Positions 19,084-29,763 of a stretch of 64,000 nt of DNA are shown in pieces. The DNA lies in assembly GCA_041537945.1 (NCBI GenBank), contig JBGOEK010000003.1, forward strand, positions 11,856 to 75,855. Direction: 5' to 3'. Position numbers and translations under genes: made by a program. Position 1 is the stretch's first letter; each line of letters starts with the position of its first letter. The notes beneath the pieces are model-generated. The model had not been told where the DNA came from. It saw only the letters and a program-made list of their open reading frames with translations, and searched no databases. The stretch comes from Candidatus Thermosaccharophagus yellowstonensis. Lineage in GTDB: Bacteria; Armatimonadota; Fervidibacteria; Fervidibacterales; Thermosaccharophagaceae.

Positions 19084-21066
19084 GTGTTTTCCTATCGGTC
19101 CATGCTGTCAAAGGGAACAAGTTGGCAAGGTGTGCTATCACAACTTTCAGAGGAACGCCTCACTATAACTCGCTTCCTTCGTGGGGTGGCGTTGGCTACT
19201 TTACTCCTCCCGTTGAATGCGTATTGGATCGGCGTTACAGAAGGTTTGTGGCATGCGTTGCACATGACAACGCTATCGCTCCCGATGAACGCCCTCGTTC
19301 TGCTCATCGCGTTGGTATTGCTCAACCGTTTCCTTCACTCACTCAACAGGAGACTTGCCATGAGTGCTTCCGAGCTTCTCCTCGTTCACATCGGGTTAAC
19401 TGTCCAAAGCGTTTTCATCGGGCACGATCAAATGGTTAGCTTGATGGGAGTTATACCTGCTGCAGCTTGGTTTGAAAGCCCCGCAAACAGATGGCAGGAA
19501 TTGTTCTTCCAATACATACCGAGTTGGCTCGCAATAACGGACAAAAGAGCCATCTGGCATTTTTACACCGGTGGCGGGAAGTTTTATGGCTCAGGTTACG
19601 AAGGCTATTGGGTTATGCCAGCAGTTGCTTGGACAACTTTGCTCATGTGCATGTTTTTAGCATATCTTTCGCTCTCGCTCCTGCTCTACTGTCGTTGGGC
19701 ACATAGTGAAAGGCTTTCATTCCCGATAGTTAGGATGCCAGCCGAGATAGCCACTGGGCAATTGCATTGGCGCTCAAATGCTTTCTTCCTCGGCTTCACC
19801 ATCGCAGCGTTCGTTGATATGGTGAACCACCTGCATCACCTCTATCCAGCAATCCCGTTCGTAAAGGTGAGGGCAAGGGATAGGGACTTAATGCACTTCG
19901 TCACAGAGCCCCCTTGGAACGCGCTCGGTTCAACACCGCTTGCGCTTTACCCCTTCATTATAGGCTATGCCTATTTGATGCCGCTCGATGTTTGCACATC
20001 GGCATGGTTCTTCTACATCGTCCGAAAGCTTCAGAGGCTGTTTGGGGCTATGGTTGGCTTGATGCGCTTGCCACGATTCCCATATGAGAATGAGCAAGCA
20101 TCTGGCGCTGCCCTTGCGGTAGCAGTGATGGTTCTCTGGCGTGCACGACATTACCTCAAGGCTTCGTTTATGCCCTCGCGGGGTGCAGGTCAAGGGCATC
20201 AATCGCATCGCTGTGGTTTTAACACTCGCATCGCCACAGTGCTTTTCATCGTCTCGTTTATCCTCTGCCTCGCCATCTCAACTTTAGCGGGCTTGTCAGT
20301 CTCGATTGCGCTGGTCTTTTGGGTGCTTCACTTTCTCGTTGCTGTAGCTGTTTCAAGGCTTCGTGCTGAAGCTGGTCCACCGTCTCATTCGCTCCTGTTT
20401 GCAAACCCTCAAGACCTGATGCTCTTTTGGCTTGGTAGCCGTTCGTTCCATCCGCGCCACTTAACTGTGCTTGCGCTCTTCTTCTGGTTCAACCGCTTGA
20501 ACAGAAACCATCCCATGCCAGTCATCATTGAAGCAATGCGCATCGGCGAATCCATTTCCTTATCACTCTCACAGCTCTGCCCGTTCATGGTGCTGATGGC
20601 ATTCTCAACGCTCGTCGTTTGTTTCCTGCTCTACCCAAAACTTTTCTACTCGCACGGGGCAACGAAGGTTGTCGGCGAAGTCGTATGGGTTGGGATGGAT
20701 ACATTCACTCGGCTTGCATCTTGGGTTGGGACACCATCTCAGCCAAACATACCCTCGCGCTACGCTACATCTTTTGGCTTCGCATTCACATTGCTCCTCA
20801 GTTCGCTTTACCACAGGATGCCATGGTGGGCTCTTCATCCGCTCGGATATTTGCTTGGGATGAGCTACGCCATCGATTTCTATTGGCTTTGTTTGCTCAT
20901 CGGCTCATCGGTCAAATGGCTTCTGATGAAGTATGCTGGCTCATATACAGCGCTATCGCTGACGCCGTTTTTCGTGGGGTTGATACTTGGCGAGGGTTTG
21001 GTAGCATGTGCGTGGAGCGTTTACGGTCTCATCGTTCAAAAGCCGATGTATGATGCATGGTGGTAA
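19084..21066 (+). CDS. polytopic integral membrane protein of unknown function (~660 aa, >12 predicted TM helices)
   Basis: Long hydrophobic ORF with an AGGAGG just upstream. No catalytic motif recognised. Confidence 0.6.
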   Translation: MFSYRSMLSKGTSWQGVLSQLSEERLTITRFLRGVALATLLLPLNAYWIGVTEGLWHALHMTTLSLPMNALVLLIALVLLNRFLHSLNRRLAMSASELLLVHIGLTVQSVFIGHDQMVSLMGVIPAAAWFESPANRWQELFFQYIPSWLAITDKRAIWHFYTGGGKFYGSGYEGYWVMPAVAWTTLLMCMFLAYLSLSLLLYCRWAHSERLSFPIVRMPAEIATGQLHWRSNAFFLGFTIAAFVDMVNHLHHLYPAIPFVKVRARDRDLMHFVTEPPWNALGSTPLALYPFIIGYAYLMPLDVCTSAWFFYIVRKLQRLFGAMVGLMRLPRFPYENEQASGAALAVAVMVLWRARHYLKASFMPSRGAGQGHQSHRCGFNTRIATVLFIVSFILCLAISTLAGLSVSIALVFWVLHFLVAVAVSRLRAEAGPPSHSLLFANPQDLMLFWLGSRSFHPRHLTVLALFFWFNRLNRNHPMPVIIEAMRIGESISLSLSQLCPFMVLMAFSTLVVCFLLYPKLFYSHGATKVVGEVVWVGMDTFTRLASWVGTPSQPNIPSRYATSFGFAFTLLLSSLYHRMPWWALHPLGYLLGMSYAIDFYWLCLLIGSSVKWLLMKYAGSYTALSLTPFFVGLILGEGLVACAWSVYGLIVQKPMYDAWW

Positions 21067-21075
21067 TCAAGCCTT

Positions 21076-23457
21076 TCATAGCTTGCTGAGCTTAGCGAGC
21101 AGAATCAATGCCATTTCTCTAACCGTGTCAGCGATCGTCCTGTCTTTCTCCGCCGTCCAAAGAATCTCCTTCTCCCCGATTGGTTCAAGGACTTTGTTCA
21201 CCCAATCGGTTAGCAAAGCCTCAGCCATCGCCACCGTTTCACCTTTCGACTTCCCCTTGTGCCTGTCAAGTGCTTCCTTGAGCATCTTCAAGATTTCGTA
21301 GTCCTGCACACCGTCCCTTATCGCTTCCATGTGCTTTGCTGGGGTCACTGAATCTGGCGCGAGGAAGAGTGGCGTGTAACAGTTGCGTTGGTCAAGGTAT
21401 GCGTTCCAGCATGAGTTGAATGCATTGTCACCAAATGCCCAGAAGAACATCTCATCAGCGCCTATGCGGAAGCAGTGCCACGCCTGAAGGCGATAGTAAG
21501 CATATGGATCAAGCAGTTTGCTCGGACCGCTACATGAGTAGGATGCGAGGCGTTTCCCTTTATCACGCCAAGCAAGGTAGAACTGGTCATGCTCTTTCTG
21601 GTTGCGCACCCATATGATGCGGTTTGGGCACATCACATCAACGACTTCTGGCAGTCGCTCGTTCATCTTGCTCGGCTCATACCATGTCGGATCAACCCAA
21701 ATGACAACCTCAGGTGCAGCTCTTTTAATGGCTTTAGCCCACGCTATCGTAAGCTCGTCTTGCTCTGGTGTGTGAGGCTCGTCAACGAGCAGGACGCCAA
21801 ACTGCCCCTCCTTCAAGCCGCGCTCCCTTGCGTGCTCCCACCAGAACTTAATCCATTCGCCAACCTTGCGTTCAAATTCTTCGGTGCCGACTTTTGAGCC
21901 CTCAAACGAATTCCCAACCGAAAGGAAAACATAGAACCTGCTTGCACCCTTCCAGCGCTCAAGCCAGCGGTCAAAATTGGTCGTCTCGGGTGGCTCGATC
22001 ATGTGCCCTGCTTCGTCGAACTTGCCCGATGGCATGACGAAACGGCTTGCCCATGGTATGTCAACGAAGCGCTCACGAATATGCGAAATGAACGCATCGC
22101 GGTTTTTGGGGTTGACGCCATAGCGCTCATCCACATCTGTGTAGTCCCAGCCACCGACATGGAGCGATTGGCGCTCTGGCAAATCAAGTTGGAGTATGGT
22201 TATAGCGAGCTCAACATCAAACTTATCTCCAGCATCTGTCCTAAGCCTCAGGTGTCCCCTCGCATCACCGTTTGCTATGCCCCTTTTCGGGGAGAGCGTT
22301 AGCCATATCTGCCCAACCATCCCACTCTCAACACTCGTCTCGTTCCCTTCTGGTAGAGCTGCTGCTATTGGAACGCCCTCCTTCGTGTCAGTCCAAACTG
22401 CGTGGTGTATTTTTGTGTCTACTCCTTTTAGCCCTTCAACTTCCGCTACCACCTTTATTGGGCGTTGGCGTGCGTTCACTATGTTGATCGCAACATGACG
22501 CACCTCACCTCTGAGCATAACCAGCTTCACAGCTTTTAACGGCTCATCTGGGATGGGGTTGAGCGTTAGGTAAGGTATTGGGTCGTATGGCGAGCGTGCC
22601 ACGAACACTGCAATCTCTGGCACTCCTGTGCTCGCCCATAGCCTTGCTTGAACGCGAAACAAATCTTTGTGCCATTCGTTCAGTGGGAGTATAGCTTTGA
22701 AAGCTTTTGGCTCATCAACTGTGAATGATGTCGGAATCGCTTTTCTCAGCTTCTCCAACTGTTCCAATAGGTTTGCCTTGTTGCTAACGCTTGCCTGCTC
22801 GATCAACTGTTTCAACTTCTCCATGTCTGAGTGGAACCGCCTGAGCGCGCACCTTTCAACTTCCTTGTGCTGTGCAAAAGTTTTTGGGTCTGTGTAGGCG
22901 TTTCCAGCCATCGGTTCTTTGAGCCACTCTTTATCGCCTTCGTAAACCTCAACTTCGTCAACGAAGCAAAACGGACCTTGCGGTATCACAACGAATGACA
23001 CATAACGCCCATGAGCCTTAAACCTGTCTGTCCAGAACTTATGCACCACATAGCCTTGAGTTGGTGGTGGTCCGTTTTGAGCGTTGCTAACTGTTACGAG
23101 TTCACCCGCTTCATACCATTGTTTGCCATCGGCGCTCACGAGCACCCATATGGCTACTGGGAATTGGACGCCAGCAGTCCCCGCAGCAGTGTTGAATGAG
23201 ACACCTTTTATCGGTGCGTCTCTTCCGAGGTCAACGGTGATTATCACAGGGCTAACATTTTGCCATCCGACAGTCTCCCTCTGTGTCCAGAAGCGCCCAC
23301 CCTTCGCATATTGTCCATCGGTGAGCTGTATTCGGTCATCTGGATCTGTGCAATATCTGTAATTCGGTTGTGGTTGCATTGTGTAAGGGCGATTGAGAGC
23401 TATGTTTGTGAGGTTGCTCGCCATCGTCAAAAGTGAAAGGACACACAGCCACATCAT
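21076..23457 (-). CDS. secreted protein with N-terminal discoidin (F5/8 type C)-like domain; possible glycan-active enzyme
   Basis: 793 aa with signal peptide MMWLCVLSLLTMA. N-terminus NIALNRPYTM...LTDGQYAKGGRFWTQRETVGWQ...ITVDLGRDAPIKGVSFNT resembles carbohydrate-binding discoidin modules. The remainder was not assigned. Confidence 0.45.
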   Translation of the reverse strand: MMWLCVLSLLTMASNLTNIALNRPYTMQPQPNYRYCTDPDDRIQLTDGQYAKGGRFWTQRETVGWQNVSPVIITVDLGRDAPIKGVSFNTAAGTAGVQFPVAIWVLVSADGKQWYEAGELVTVSNAQNGPPPTQGYVVHKFWTDRFKAHGRYVSFVVIPQGPFCFVDEVEVYEGDKEWLKEPMAGNAYTDPKTFAQHKEVERCALRRFHSDMEKLKQLIEQASVSNKANLLEQLEKLRKAIPTSFTVDEPKAFKAILPLNEWHKDLFRVQARLWASTGVPEIAVFVARSPYDPIPYLTLNPIPDEPLKAVKLVMLRGEVRHVAINIVNARQRPIKVVAEVEGLKGVDTKIHHAVWTDTKEGVPIAAALPEGNETSVESGMVGQIWLTLSPKRGIANGDARGHLRLRTDAGDKFDVELAITILQLDLPERQSLHVGGWDYTDVDERYGVNPKNRDAFISHIRERFVDIPWASRFVMPSGKFDEAGHMIEPPETTNFDRWLERWKGASRFYVFLSVGNSFEGSKVGTEEFERKVGEWIKFWWEHARERGLKEGQFGVLLVDEPHTPEQDELTIAWAKAIKRAAPEVVIWVDPTWYEPSKMNERLPEVVDVMCPNRIIWVRNQKEHDQFYLAWRDKGKRLASYSCSGPSKLLDPYAYYRLQAWHCFRIGADEMFFWAFGDNAFNSCWNAYLDQRNCYTPLFLAPDSVTPAKHMEAIRDGVQDYEILKMLKEALDRHKGKSKGETVAMAEALLTDWVNKVLEPIGEKEILWTAEKDRTIADTVREMALILLAKLSKL

Positions 23458-23633
23458 CTCATCTCACCTCGCTAAAACCATAGCCGAAGATGAAACGCTC
23501 AGTTGCCAGCGAGCCAATTACATTGTTGCACAATCAACTACGCAGTCAAAGTTAAAGCTCCGTGTGCGATTGAGGAGGCTATGGGTAAAGTCATTGTCAC
23601 ACGCTACAGGTGGGCAGGCTGATGCTCAAGCTG

Positions 23634-24632
23634 TCAGTCCATTGGCTTTTGGAACTCACGCCATATCGCTTCCAGCAATTGTTGTGTGGGCTTTGATGCA
23701 TGGACGACTATTCGGTAGCAGAAGCGCATGGTCTCCTTAGGGTGCACGATGAAGCTCATTTTGCGCATCGGGCAGAAGCCAACATAAGGGCAGTCTGGGT
23801 TGACCCTCAACCTGTTTGGGAAAGCGAGGTTGCTTGGGTGATCCATGAGCGTTAAGCCAGCCCATTGCCCATCTACAAATCCGCCTTGGAAGATCCAACG
23901 GGCGTCGGTTGCGTCTGCGTCAGCAAGCGTTTTCCCTTCCGAGGTCAAAACCTCGCGCTTGCTTTTATCAAGCCATGAGCGTGCACCACGATAGCCCAAC
24001 CCTCCGTAGCGAGATTCCTCAACATTCAATGGCTCGTCAGTAACATTAACCAGTTCTATCATCAGGTCGAAAGTCAAGTGCTCGGGTTCTTCGCTTCTTG
24101 GAGCGTAAGTGACAATCGTCCACCGTTCCCTGATGATGGGCATCCATTCGTCATCCTTTTTAGCATCCCAGAGGTGATGGGCAACCATAACCGCCTTATC
24201 GCGGTGGAGCTCCAATCGCTCAAAAGCTTCAAATCGGATGCGTCCCAAAGAGATGTCCCAAAAGTTAGGGGCTAAGTTGCTCCATCGGGTGTTAGGGAAA
24301 GCGAAGAAGATGCCACGATGATGATAATGGTCTTTAGGTCCCCAATCAGTGACGATGACGCCATTGGGACTCCAAACTGGATGGAGGAAACCGCTCGCCA
24401 CTTTTGATTTAGCATCCGAGGGAGCAGTGAAGGCATAGTTGTATTGCCAGACTGGTTTACCCTTGAAAACCAATCGAATCCACTTGCCCACCTCTTCAAT
24501 GAATGCAAACGGGCTTAACTGGCTTGACATGCTCAATTGCCCTTGCTGAGGTTTCTCACGCACCAACGCCTCTTGTCCCGAAGCCATCATCGTCACCCCC
24601 ATCAACGCCAAAGTCAGCCCCACAAATTTCAT
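23634..24632 (-). CDS. PmoA-like / DUF6807 family protein, secreted
   Basis: Signal peptide MKFVGLTLALMGVTMMASG. Motif GFLHPVWSPNGVIVTDWGPKDHYHHRGIFFAF...NFWD is typical of the family. Confidence 0.6.
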   Translation of the reverse strand: MKFVGLTLALMGVTMMASGQEALVREKPQQGQLSMSSQLSPFAFIEEVGKWIRLVFKGKPVWQYNYAFTAPSDAKSKVASGFLHPVWSPNGVIVTDWGPKDHYHHRGIFFAFPNTRWSNLAPNFWDISLGRIRFEAFERLELHRDKAVMVAHHLWDAKKDDEWMPIIRERWTIVTYAPRSEEPEHLTFDLMIELVNVTDEPLNVEESRYGGLGYRGARSWLDKSKREVLTSEGKTLADADATDARWIFQGGFVDGQWAGLTLMDHPSNLAFPNRLRVNPDCPYVGFCPMRKMSFIVHPKETMRFCYRIVVHASKPTQQLLEAIWREFQKPMD

Positions 24633-24800
24633 CGCTATCACCTCATGCTTTAGCGACATGTCGCATGAACGAGCATGCTGGCTCGGTCAAGATTTGCATT
24701 GTAGATTTTGCGATTGTGTTAGGACGACAAAAAAAGATGTGGCTTTGAACATGCGCAACGAAAAGCTCCCCCAACAACTTATGCATCAAAGTTCAACCCG

Positions 24801-26741
24801 CTACAACTCTGGTTCCTGAGTGTAGGTATGAGTCAGAGAAATGTTGGCTTCGAAAGCCCTCTTCAAGCGCTCATAGTTGCGTTGCAGTTTTTGTTTTTCG
24901 TGTAGGTGCATGTCTGGGTCTTCGAGCGCTTGGTAAATGATTGCGCCCTCGCATTGAGCTGGAACTGGCAGTTCCATAAGGTAGCACACTGTTGGGACGA
25001 TATCCATGAGCCAAACTGTTCGCTCCAATGTGATTCCCTTCCTTATTCCTGGTCCGCTCATTATGAGCAACCCCTTCAGCGAACCTATGCCGAACTCAGC
25101 GGTTGGCAGGTGTGGTCCATGTTGTCCCATGAAGAGCGGGTTTATAGCGTAAACCACATCGCCAACGAGTTCACCGTGCAATCCGATTATGCGAGCGTCT
25201 TCCCTTTTGAGCGCAAGTGTCACTGGTTTCTTTCCAGTCCTTTTGTCCGTGTAGTTATACAGCGCCTCGATCACTTTATCCCTGACCTCATCATACTCCT
25301 CTGGCTCAACTATGCCGTTTGGGTCTCTGCCTTTCAGGTTCACATAAATGTATGCTGCTCGTTGTGGGAATGCTTTTGTGGCGCTCCAGTCAACGACCCT
25401 TCTCTCCTTATCGGCATACTTGAGCAATCCAGCGGACTCGAGGACACTGGCTACATCAAATGGGTTCGTGGTAGCTTTCGCACCGTGATCGGAGACGATC
25501 ACTGTGAGCACATCCTCGCCTGCAGCTCCAACGATGCGCCCTATCATCGCATCAATGCTCTTATAGAAGCCGATTTCGCATTCTTCGAATTCCTTCCTCA
25601 TGTTTTCATCAGGGCATGTCAAAGGGTCAAGCTGGGTGGCAAAGGCATGATATGCAAAGTCAGGGCAATGGGCTTGCATGAAGAACAAATCCCACTTCTC
25701 ATCCTTGAAGAGTTGTTCCGCAGCATCGGCATACCATGTGTGTTGCATGTCTACAATCTCAACAAATGTTTTTGCGTCTATCCAACCGAGCATGAGGGCG
25801 TTGAAACCGTTGCGTGGCAACGGCAAACCGTTGGTTGATTTTATTTTTCTCGCTGTCCCTTGAGGGTAGTCCCAGCCATCAAGGGCGCACAAGCTGGTGA
25901 AGTAGAGGGAGAACTCTGAAGCATCGTGCGATAGGGAAATGAGTTTGCACCTGAAGACGGCTTCCATGGTTCCCTCCTCGGTCTCAAATTCGTCTCTTAA
26001 AACATCGCTCCATTGCCCAACGCTCAACTCAGCCATGATTGAGTTTCCATCCTTATGCTTTGCGATAGCGACCGTCTCATATCCGCCACTCCTTCCTTTC
26101 CTCACCAAGGCATAGTAGCTTTTGGGTTTGACCGAGAACTTTGCCGAGCGATATTGCAGTGGTAGTTCAACCTCAAGGTCGTCCCCTCTCAGATCAACAT
26201 TAGACCACCCACTCGCCTTGCGCATAGTGACATTCGTTGCTTGTGGAAGCTCCTCCGTGCAGAAAATCTGCTCGTTACAAAGTGTCATCGGAGTTGCCCA
26301 AGGTGGAACGCCAATGAGCCATTCATTCAAGCATAGCCCCATGCCACCAAGTTGTATGCCGTCTTTGAGAGTTGGAGGCCATGTCGTTGGGTAGTTGAGC
26401 AGGATTGTTCTCTTGCCGATCCTCTCCGCAGCGTTCCATATGAATTCAGCTTTCACATCACGCGAGTCAAAAGCCTGAACGATCTTATCAAGTGGTTCCC
26501 CGGGCTTGTGCAAGTTAAAGCAAGTTATCCCGTGCGTCCCAACCGTTGCGCCAGTGACTATCGTTGTCCAGTTCGGTGGCGTTATGGTCGGGAATGGCAC
26601 AAGGCAGTTGCTGAAGTAAACCCCGTTTTCGATTAAGCGCTTTATGTTTGGGAGATCGCCATCCATCGCAAACCTGTAAACCCTCGGGGCTATCGGTGCA
26701 TCCAAACCAATCAAGACGAGTTTGCTCGGTCTCGACCGCAT
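24801..26741 (-). CDS. alkaline-phosphatase superfamily protein (nucleotide pyrophosphatase/phosphodiesterase-like)
   Basis: LVLIGLDAPIAP...LPNIKRLIENGVYF...FPTITPPNWTTIVTGATVGTHGI and VIVSDHG metal-site motifs. 646 aa. Confidence 0.7.
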   Translation of the reverse strand: MRSRPSKLVLIGLDAPIAPRVYRFAMDGDLPNIKRLIENGVYFSNCLVPFPTITPPNWTTIVTGATVGTHGITCFNLHKPGEPLDKIVQAFDSRDVKAEFIWNAAERIGKRTILLNYPTTWPPTLKDGIQLGGMGLCLNEWLIGVPPWATPMTLCNEQIFCTEELPQATNVTMRKASGWSNVDLRGDDLEVELPLQYRSAKFSVKPKSYYALVRKGRSGGYETVAIAKHKDGNSIMAELSVGQWSDVLRDEFETEEGTMEAVFRCKLISLSHDASEFSLYFTSLCALDGWDYPQGTARKIKSTNGLPLPRNGFNALMLGWIDAKTFVEIVDMQHTWYADAAEQLFKDEKWDLFFMQAHCPDFAYHAFATQLDPLTCPDENMRKEFEECEIGFYKSIDAMIGRIVGAAGEDVLTVIVSDHGAKATTNPFDVASVLESAGLLKYADKERRVVDWSATKAFPQRAAYIYVNLKGRDPNGIVEPEEYDEVRDKVIEALYNYTDKRTGKKPVTLALKREDARIIGLHGELVGDVVYAINPLFMGQHGPHLPTAEFGIGSLKGLLIMSGPGIRKGITLERTVWLMDIVPTVCYLMELPVPAQCEGAIIYQALEDPDMHLHEKQKLQRNYERLKRAFEANISLTHTYTQEPEL

Positions 26742-26899
26742 CGCTCATCCACCTCCATGCCGTCAAATGCTTTTGTGCCTCATCGTTACATGCCAACTGC
26801 TCTCTTCCCACCGCACTGGTTACGGGGAGCTATGAAAAAAGCGGTGCGATTGCTTTGGTGTGCCTTTGCATCAATAGCAGTTTTATTGCGCCTGTTGCC

Positions 26900-27157
26900 T
26901 TAAGCTTCCTCACCCTCAACCTCAATCCTTTTGAGGCGCTGTGTTGCTTCATCAAGGCGTTGGATGCGTGCATCAATAACTGAACGGGCGGCGAGCAACA
27001 GCTCTCTTTTCGCATTTACAAGGTGCTCAACTGCCTCCCTGCCAAGCAAACCGACCATGCACCTGAGGATGATGTTACGAGTTACCTCAAGCCTCTCCTC
27101 AAGCGTCTCGATGGTTGGCTTTTTAGTCTTTGGGGCTCGCCTTTGGTGCTCTGCCAC
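26900..27157 (-). CDS. small coiled-coil protein, hypothetical (85 aa)
   Basis: GTG start lies 9 nt after a perfect AGGAGG. The sequence is helical and charged (TIETLEERLEVTRNI...RIQRLDEATQRLKRIEVE). Confidence 0.5.
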   Translation of the reverse strand: MAEHQRRAPKTKKPTIETLEERLEVTRNIILRCMVGLLGREAVEHLVNAKRELLLAARSVIDARIQRLDEATQRLKRIEVEGEEA

Positions 27158-27340
27158 TTCCTTTCACCTCCTGACCACAATTAGCGCCCTTAAGGCATCA
27201 TTTGTGATATGATGGCTTAACTTCGCACTGTGGCAACCACAGTTTGCACATGCCAAAACCATTTGGTAAGTTTATCACGGCTCTCTTGCTTGTAGGAACG
27301 CACGCCATGCATTTGAAGCTTTGATTGAGGATGAGGACTG

Positions 27341-29758
27341 ATGAGGAGTTCCAGAAGCATTGGGCACATCCATTGCCTTTCACTTTATAGTATACTCGGC
27401 TTTTGCTCGATGGTCATTCAATCGGTGCTCGTGCGTGAGTTCCTCGTCGTTGTCTATGGGACTGAGTTGTCGCTCGGGTTGCTCTTCTCGTCATGGCTAC
27501 TTTGGGTGGCGATTGGTGCGGAGGTCGGTGCATACATTGCCCCGAAGGTAAGGGATACCATTGTCTCCTTCGCCCTATGGCTTATAGCTGTGGCGTGCCT
27601 CTTGCCGATGCAAATCTTGCTCATCCGCTCAACACACTTCCTTTTGCGAACACCACAAGGTGAGTTTCCGTCGCCCCTTCCTATGGCTCTTCACATGCTA
27701 CTTGTGCTGTTTCCATTCAGCACTGCTGTCGGTTTTACATTTCCATTGGGTGTTCGCCTCTACCGCGAAGCAGAAGAAGTTACGCCACGCCCTGTCGCGC
27801 TAATCTATATGGCTGAAGCGGTCGGGAGCTTTCTTGGTGGGTGCATGTTCACATTTTTGCTCGTGCGCATATTGCACCCTTGCATCTTGGTAGCTACGGT
27901 TTCGCTAATGCTTTGCTTCGCATCGGCGAGCTTGTTGTGGCGTGCGTTTGCAAGTGGTTCCTTCAGGGCACTGTTATGCGTTATCGCTTTGGTGCCAGCC
28001 GTGCTTCAGTTGGTGTTCGCTTCAAAGTTTGAGCGAGCAACTGTCGCAGTGCGTTGGAACTCCTTCGGGACTGGAAACGAGCTTTTGCTCAGCCTCGATT
28101 CACCATACCAGAACATAGCCATTGGGAAGCGCCTCGATCAATACAGCCTCTTTTGCGATGGGCATTTCGTAACGAGCTTCCCAGACGAGTATACAAACGC
28201 ATCTTTAGCTATGTTGCTTGTAGCTGAAGCAAATAAGCCTTCAAATGTGCTCGTCATCGGTAACGGTCTTGAAGGGCTTCTCTCACAGCTTCTAACGGCA
28301 GGCGTCAAACATGTGGACTATGTCCAGACAGACCCGTGGCTTATCGATGCGATGATGCCCTTCATATCACCACCTGACAAAGAAGCGTTACGCACAAACA
28401 GGATCAAGCTCTTGCACGAGGATGGTAGACGCTTCGTCAGGGAGACGAAAAAACGATACGACCTTATATTTCTCCACCTCGGCGACCCTTCAACTGCTCA
28501 GCTCAACCGCTACTACACGATCGAGTTCTTTGAGCTTGTGAAAAGGAGGTTGAAGGAGGGTGGGGTGCTTGCGTTGCACATAACTGGCTCTGAATCATAC
28601 TTCGGTGAAGCCCTCGCAAGCTATGTCGGTAGCATCTACCACACCCTTAAAGCGTCGTTCGGACACATCGCAGTCTCGGTTGGCGAGACTACATTCATGT
28701 TTGCAGCGATGAAGCGGGGCGTTGTCACCGAGTCACCAGAGGAACTGATAAGCCGTGCAAAGCGTATTGCGAGCCATCCACAACAAGCGATGGGACATGC
28801 CATCTCCGTTGCCACAATGCCACCTCAAATCCTGCTGAGCTATTTCCCACCGCTTCGTTCGGAATGGTTTCGTGCTGAGATGGTTCGTTTGAACGAGAAG
28901 CTCAAAGCGAAGAGCAGACTAATAAACAGCGACCTTCATCCAGTGAGCTACTTTCACTACTTGCGCCTTTGGCTTCACAGGTCGCATCCGCAAGTGATGG
29001 CGAAAGTTGATGCATGGATGAAAATCTACGGTGGGCGCTTGCTCTTTGCATTCCTCCTATTCATCGCCGTCTTATTTGCTGGTGATCTCGTGGCGCAAAC
29101 AGCCCTTTCGTCCGGTAGCTATCTTGAAGGTGCTGTGAAGCGCTCATCATTGCTTGCGGGGTCGTTCGCTGGCATGGGAGCGATGGGTTTGGAACTCCTG
29201 TTGCTTGTCGCGTTCCAAAGCCTTTACAGCTCGCTGTATCAGATGGTTGGGGCGCTCGTTGCGACATTCATGTTCGGGCTCGCCATAGGAAGCATGCTCA
29301 TGGGGCAATTACAAAAACGGATGAGCAAAGGATGGCATGCAAGCACCACATTGAGCATCGTATCACTGGCGGTTGCGTTCTTCTCCTTCTCAATGCCGAG
29401 CGTGCTTAAATCCGTTTCCAAATTGCATGGCATGCCTTTGCTTCTCACCTTCTTCCTACTGCTTGCCATCTCAGGTTTGCTAACGGGCATGGCTCTGCCC
29501 GCTGCAGTCGGTGTATACTACATGGCTATGCGCACTCGTGATGAACAAGCTTTGGCGCATGCAACTGGTAAGGTTGACAGGGCTGACCATCTGGGGGCGT
29601 CTATTGGGGCGCTCATAACACCTGTGTTGTTGCTACCTTCGTTCGGAGTGAAAGGGACTTGCATCATCATCGGCGTCTTGAATGGGCTTGCAGTCATGGC
29701 TGTCTTGTGCTCCTCTTTTGCGCTACTGAGGCGAACCAAGGTGAGCGTTGGGGAGTGA
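27341..29758 (+). CDS. fused membrane protein / spermidine-synthase-like methyltransferase-fold protein
   Basis: N- and C-terminal multi-TM blocks flank VLVIGNGLEGLLSQLL..VDYVQTDP and YDLIFLHLGDPSTAQLNRYYTIEFFELVKRRLKEGGVLALHI (aminopropyltransferase fold). Confidence 0.7.
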   Translation: MRSSRSIGHIHCLSLYSILGFCSMVIQSVLVREFLVVVYGTELSLGLLFSSWLLWVAIGAEVGAYIAPKVRDTIVSFALWLIAVACLLPMQILLIRSTHFLLRTPQGEFPSPLPMALHMLLVLFPFSTAVGFTFPLGVRLYREAEEVTPRPVALIYMAEAVGSFLGGCMFTFLLVRILHPCILVATVSLMLCFASASLLWRAFASGSFRALLCVIALVPAVLQLVFASKFERATVAVRWNSFGTGNELLLSLDSPYQNIAIGKRLDQYSLFCDGHFVTSFPDEYTNASLAMLLVAEANKPSNVLVIGNGLEGLLSQLLTAGVKHVDYVQTDPWLIDAMMPFISPPDKEALRTNRIKLLHEDGRRFVRETKKRYDLIFLHLGDPSTAQLNRYYTIEFFELVKRRLKEGGVLALHITGSESYFGEALASYVGSIYHTLKASFGHIAVSVGETTFMFAAMKRGVVTESPEELISRAKRIASHPQQAMGHAISVATMPPQILLSYFPPLRSEWFRAEMVRLNEKLKAKSRLINSDLHPVSYFHYLRLWLHRSHPQVMAKVDAWMKIYGGRLLFAFLLFIAVLFAGDLVAQTALSSGSYLEGAVKRSSLLAGSFAGMGAMGLELLLLVAFQSLYSSLYQMVGALVATFMFGLAIGSMLMGQLQKRMSKGWHASTTLSIVSLAVAFFSFSMPSVLKSVSKLHGMPLLLTFFLLLAISGLLTGMALPAAVGVYYMAMRTRDEQALAHATGKVDRADHLGASIGALITPVLLLPSFGVKGTCIIIGVLNGLAVMAVLCSSFALLRRTKVSVGE

Positions 29759-29763
29759 GAGGG

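Noticed and set aside
27231-27248. Second sigma-54-like element TGGCAACCACAGTTTGCA upstream of the spermidine-synthase-like gene
   Set aside because: GG and GC are separated by 12 nt rather than the strict 10 nt, so it is unlikely to be a functional -24/-12 promoter.
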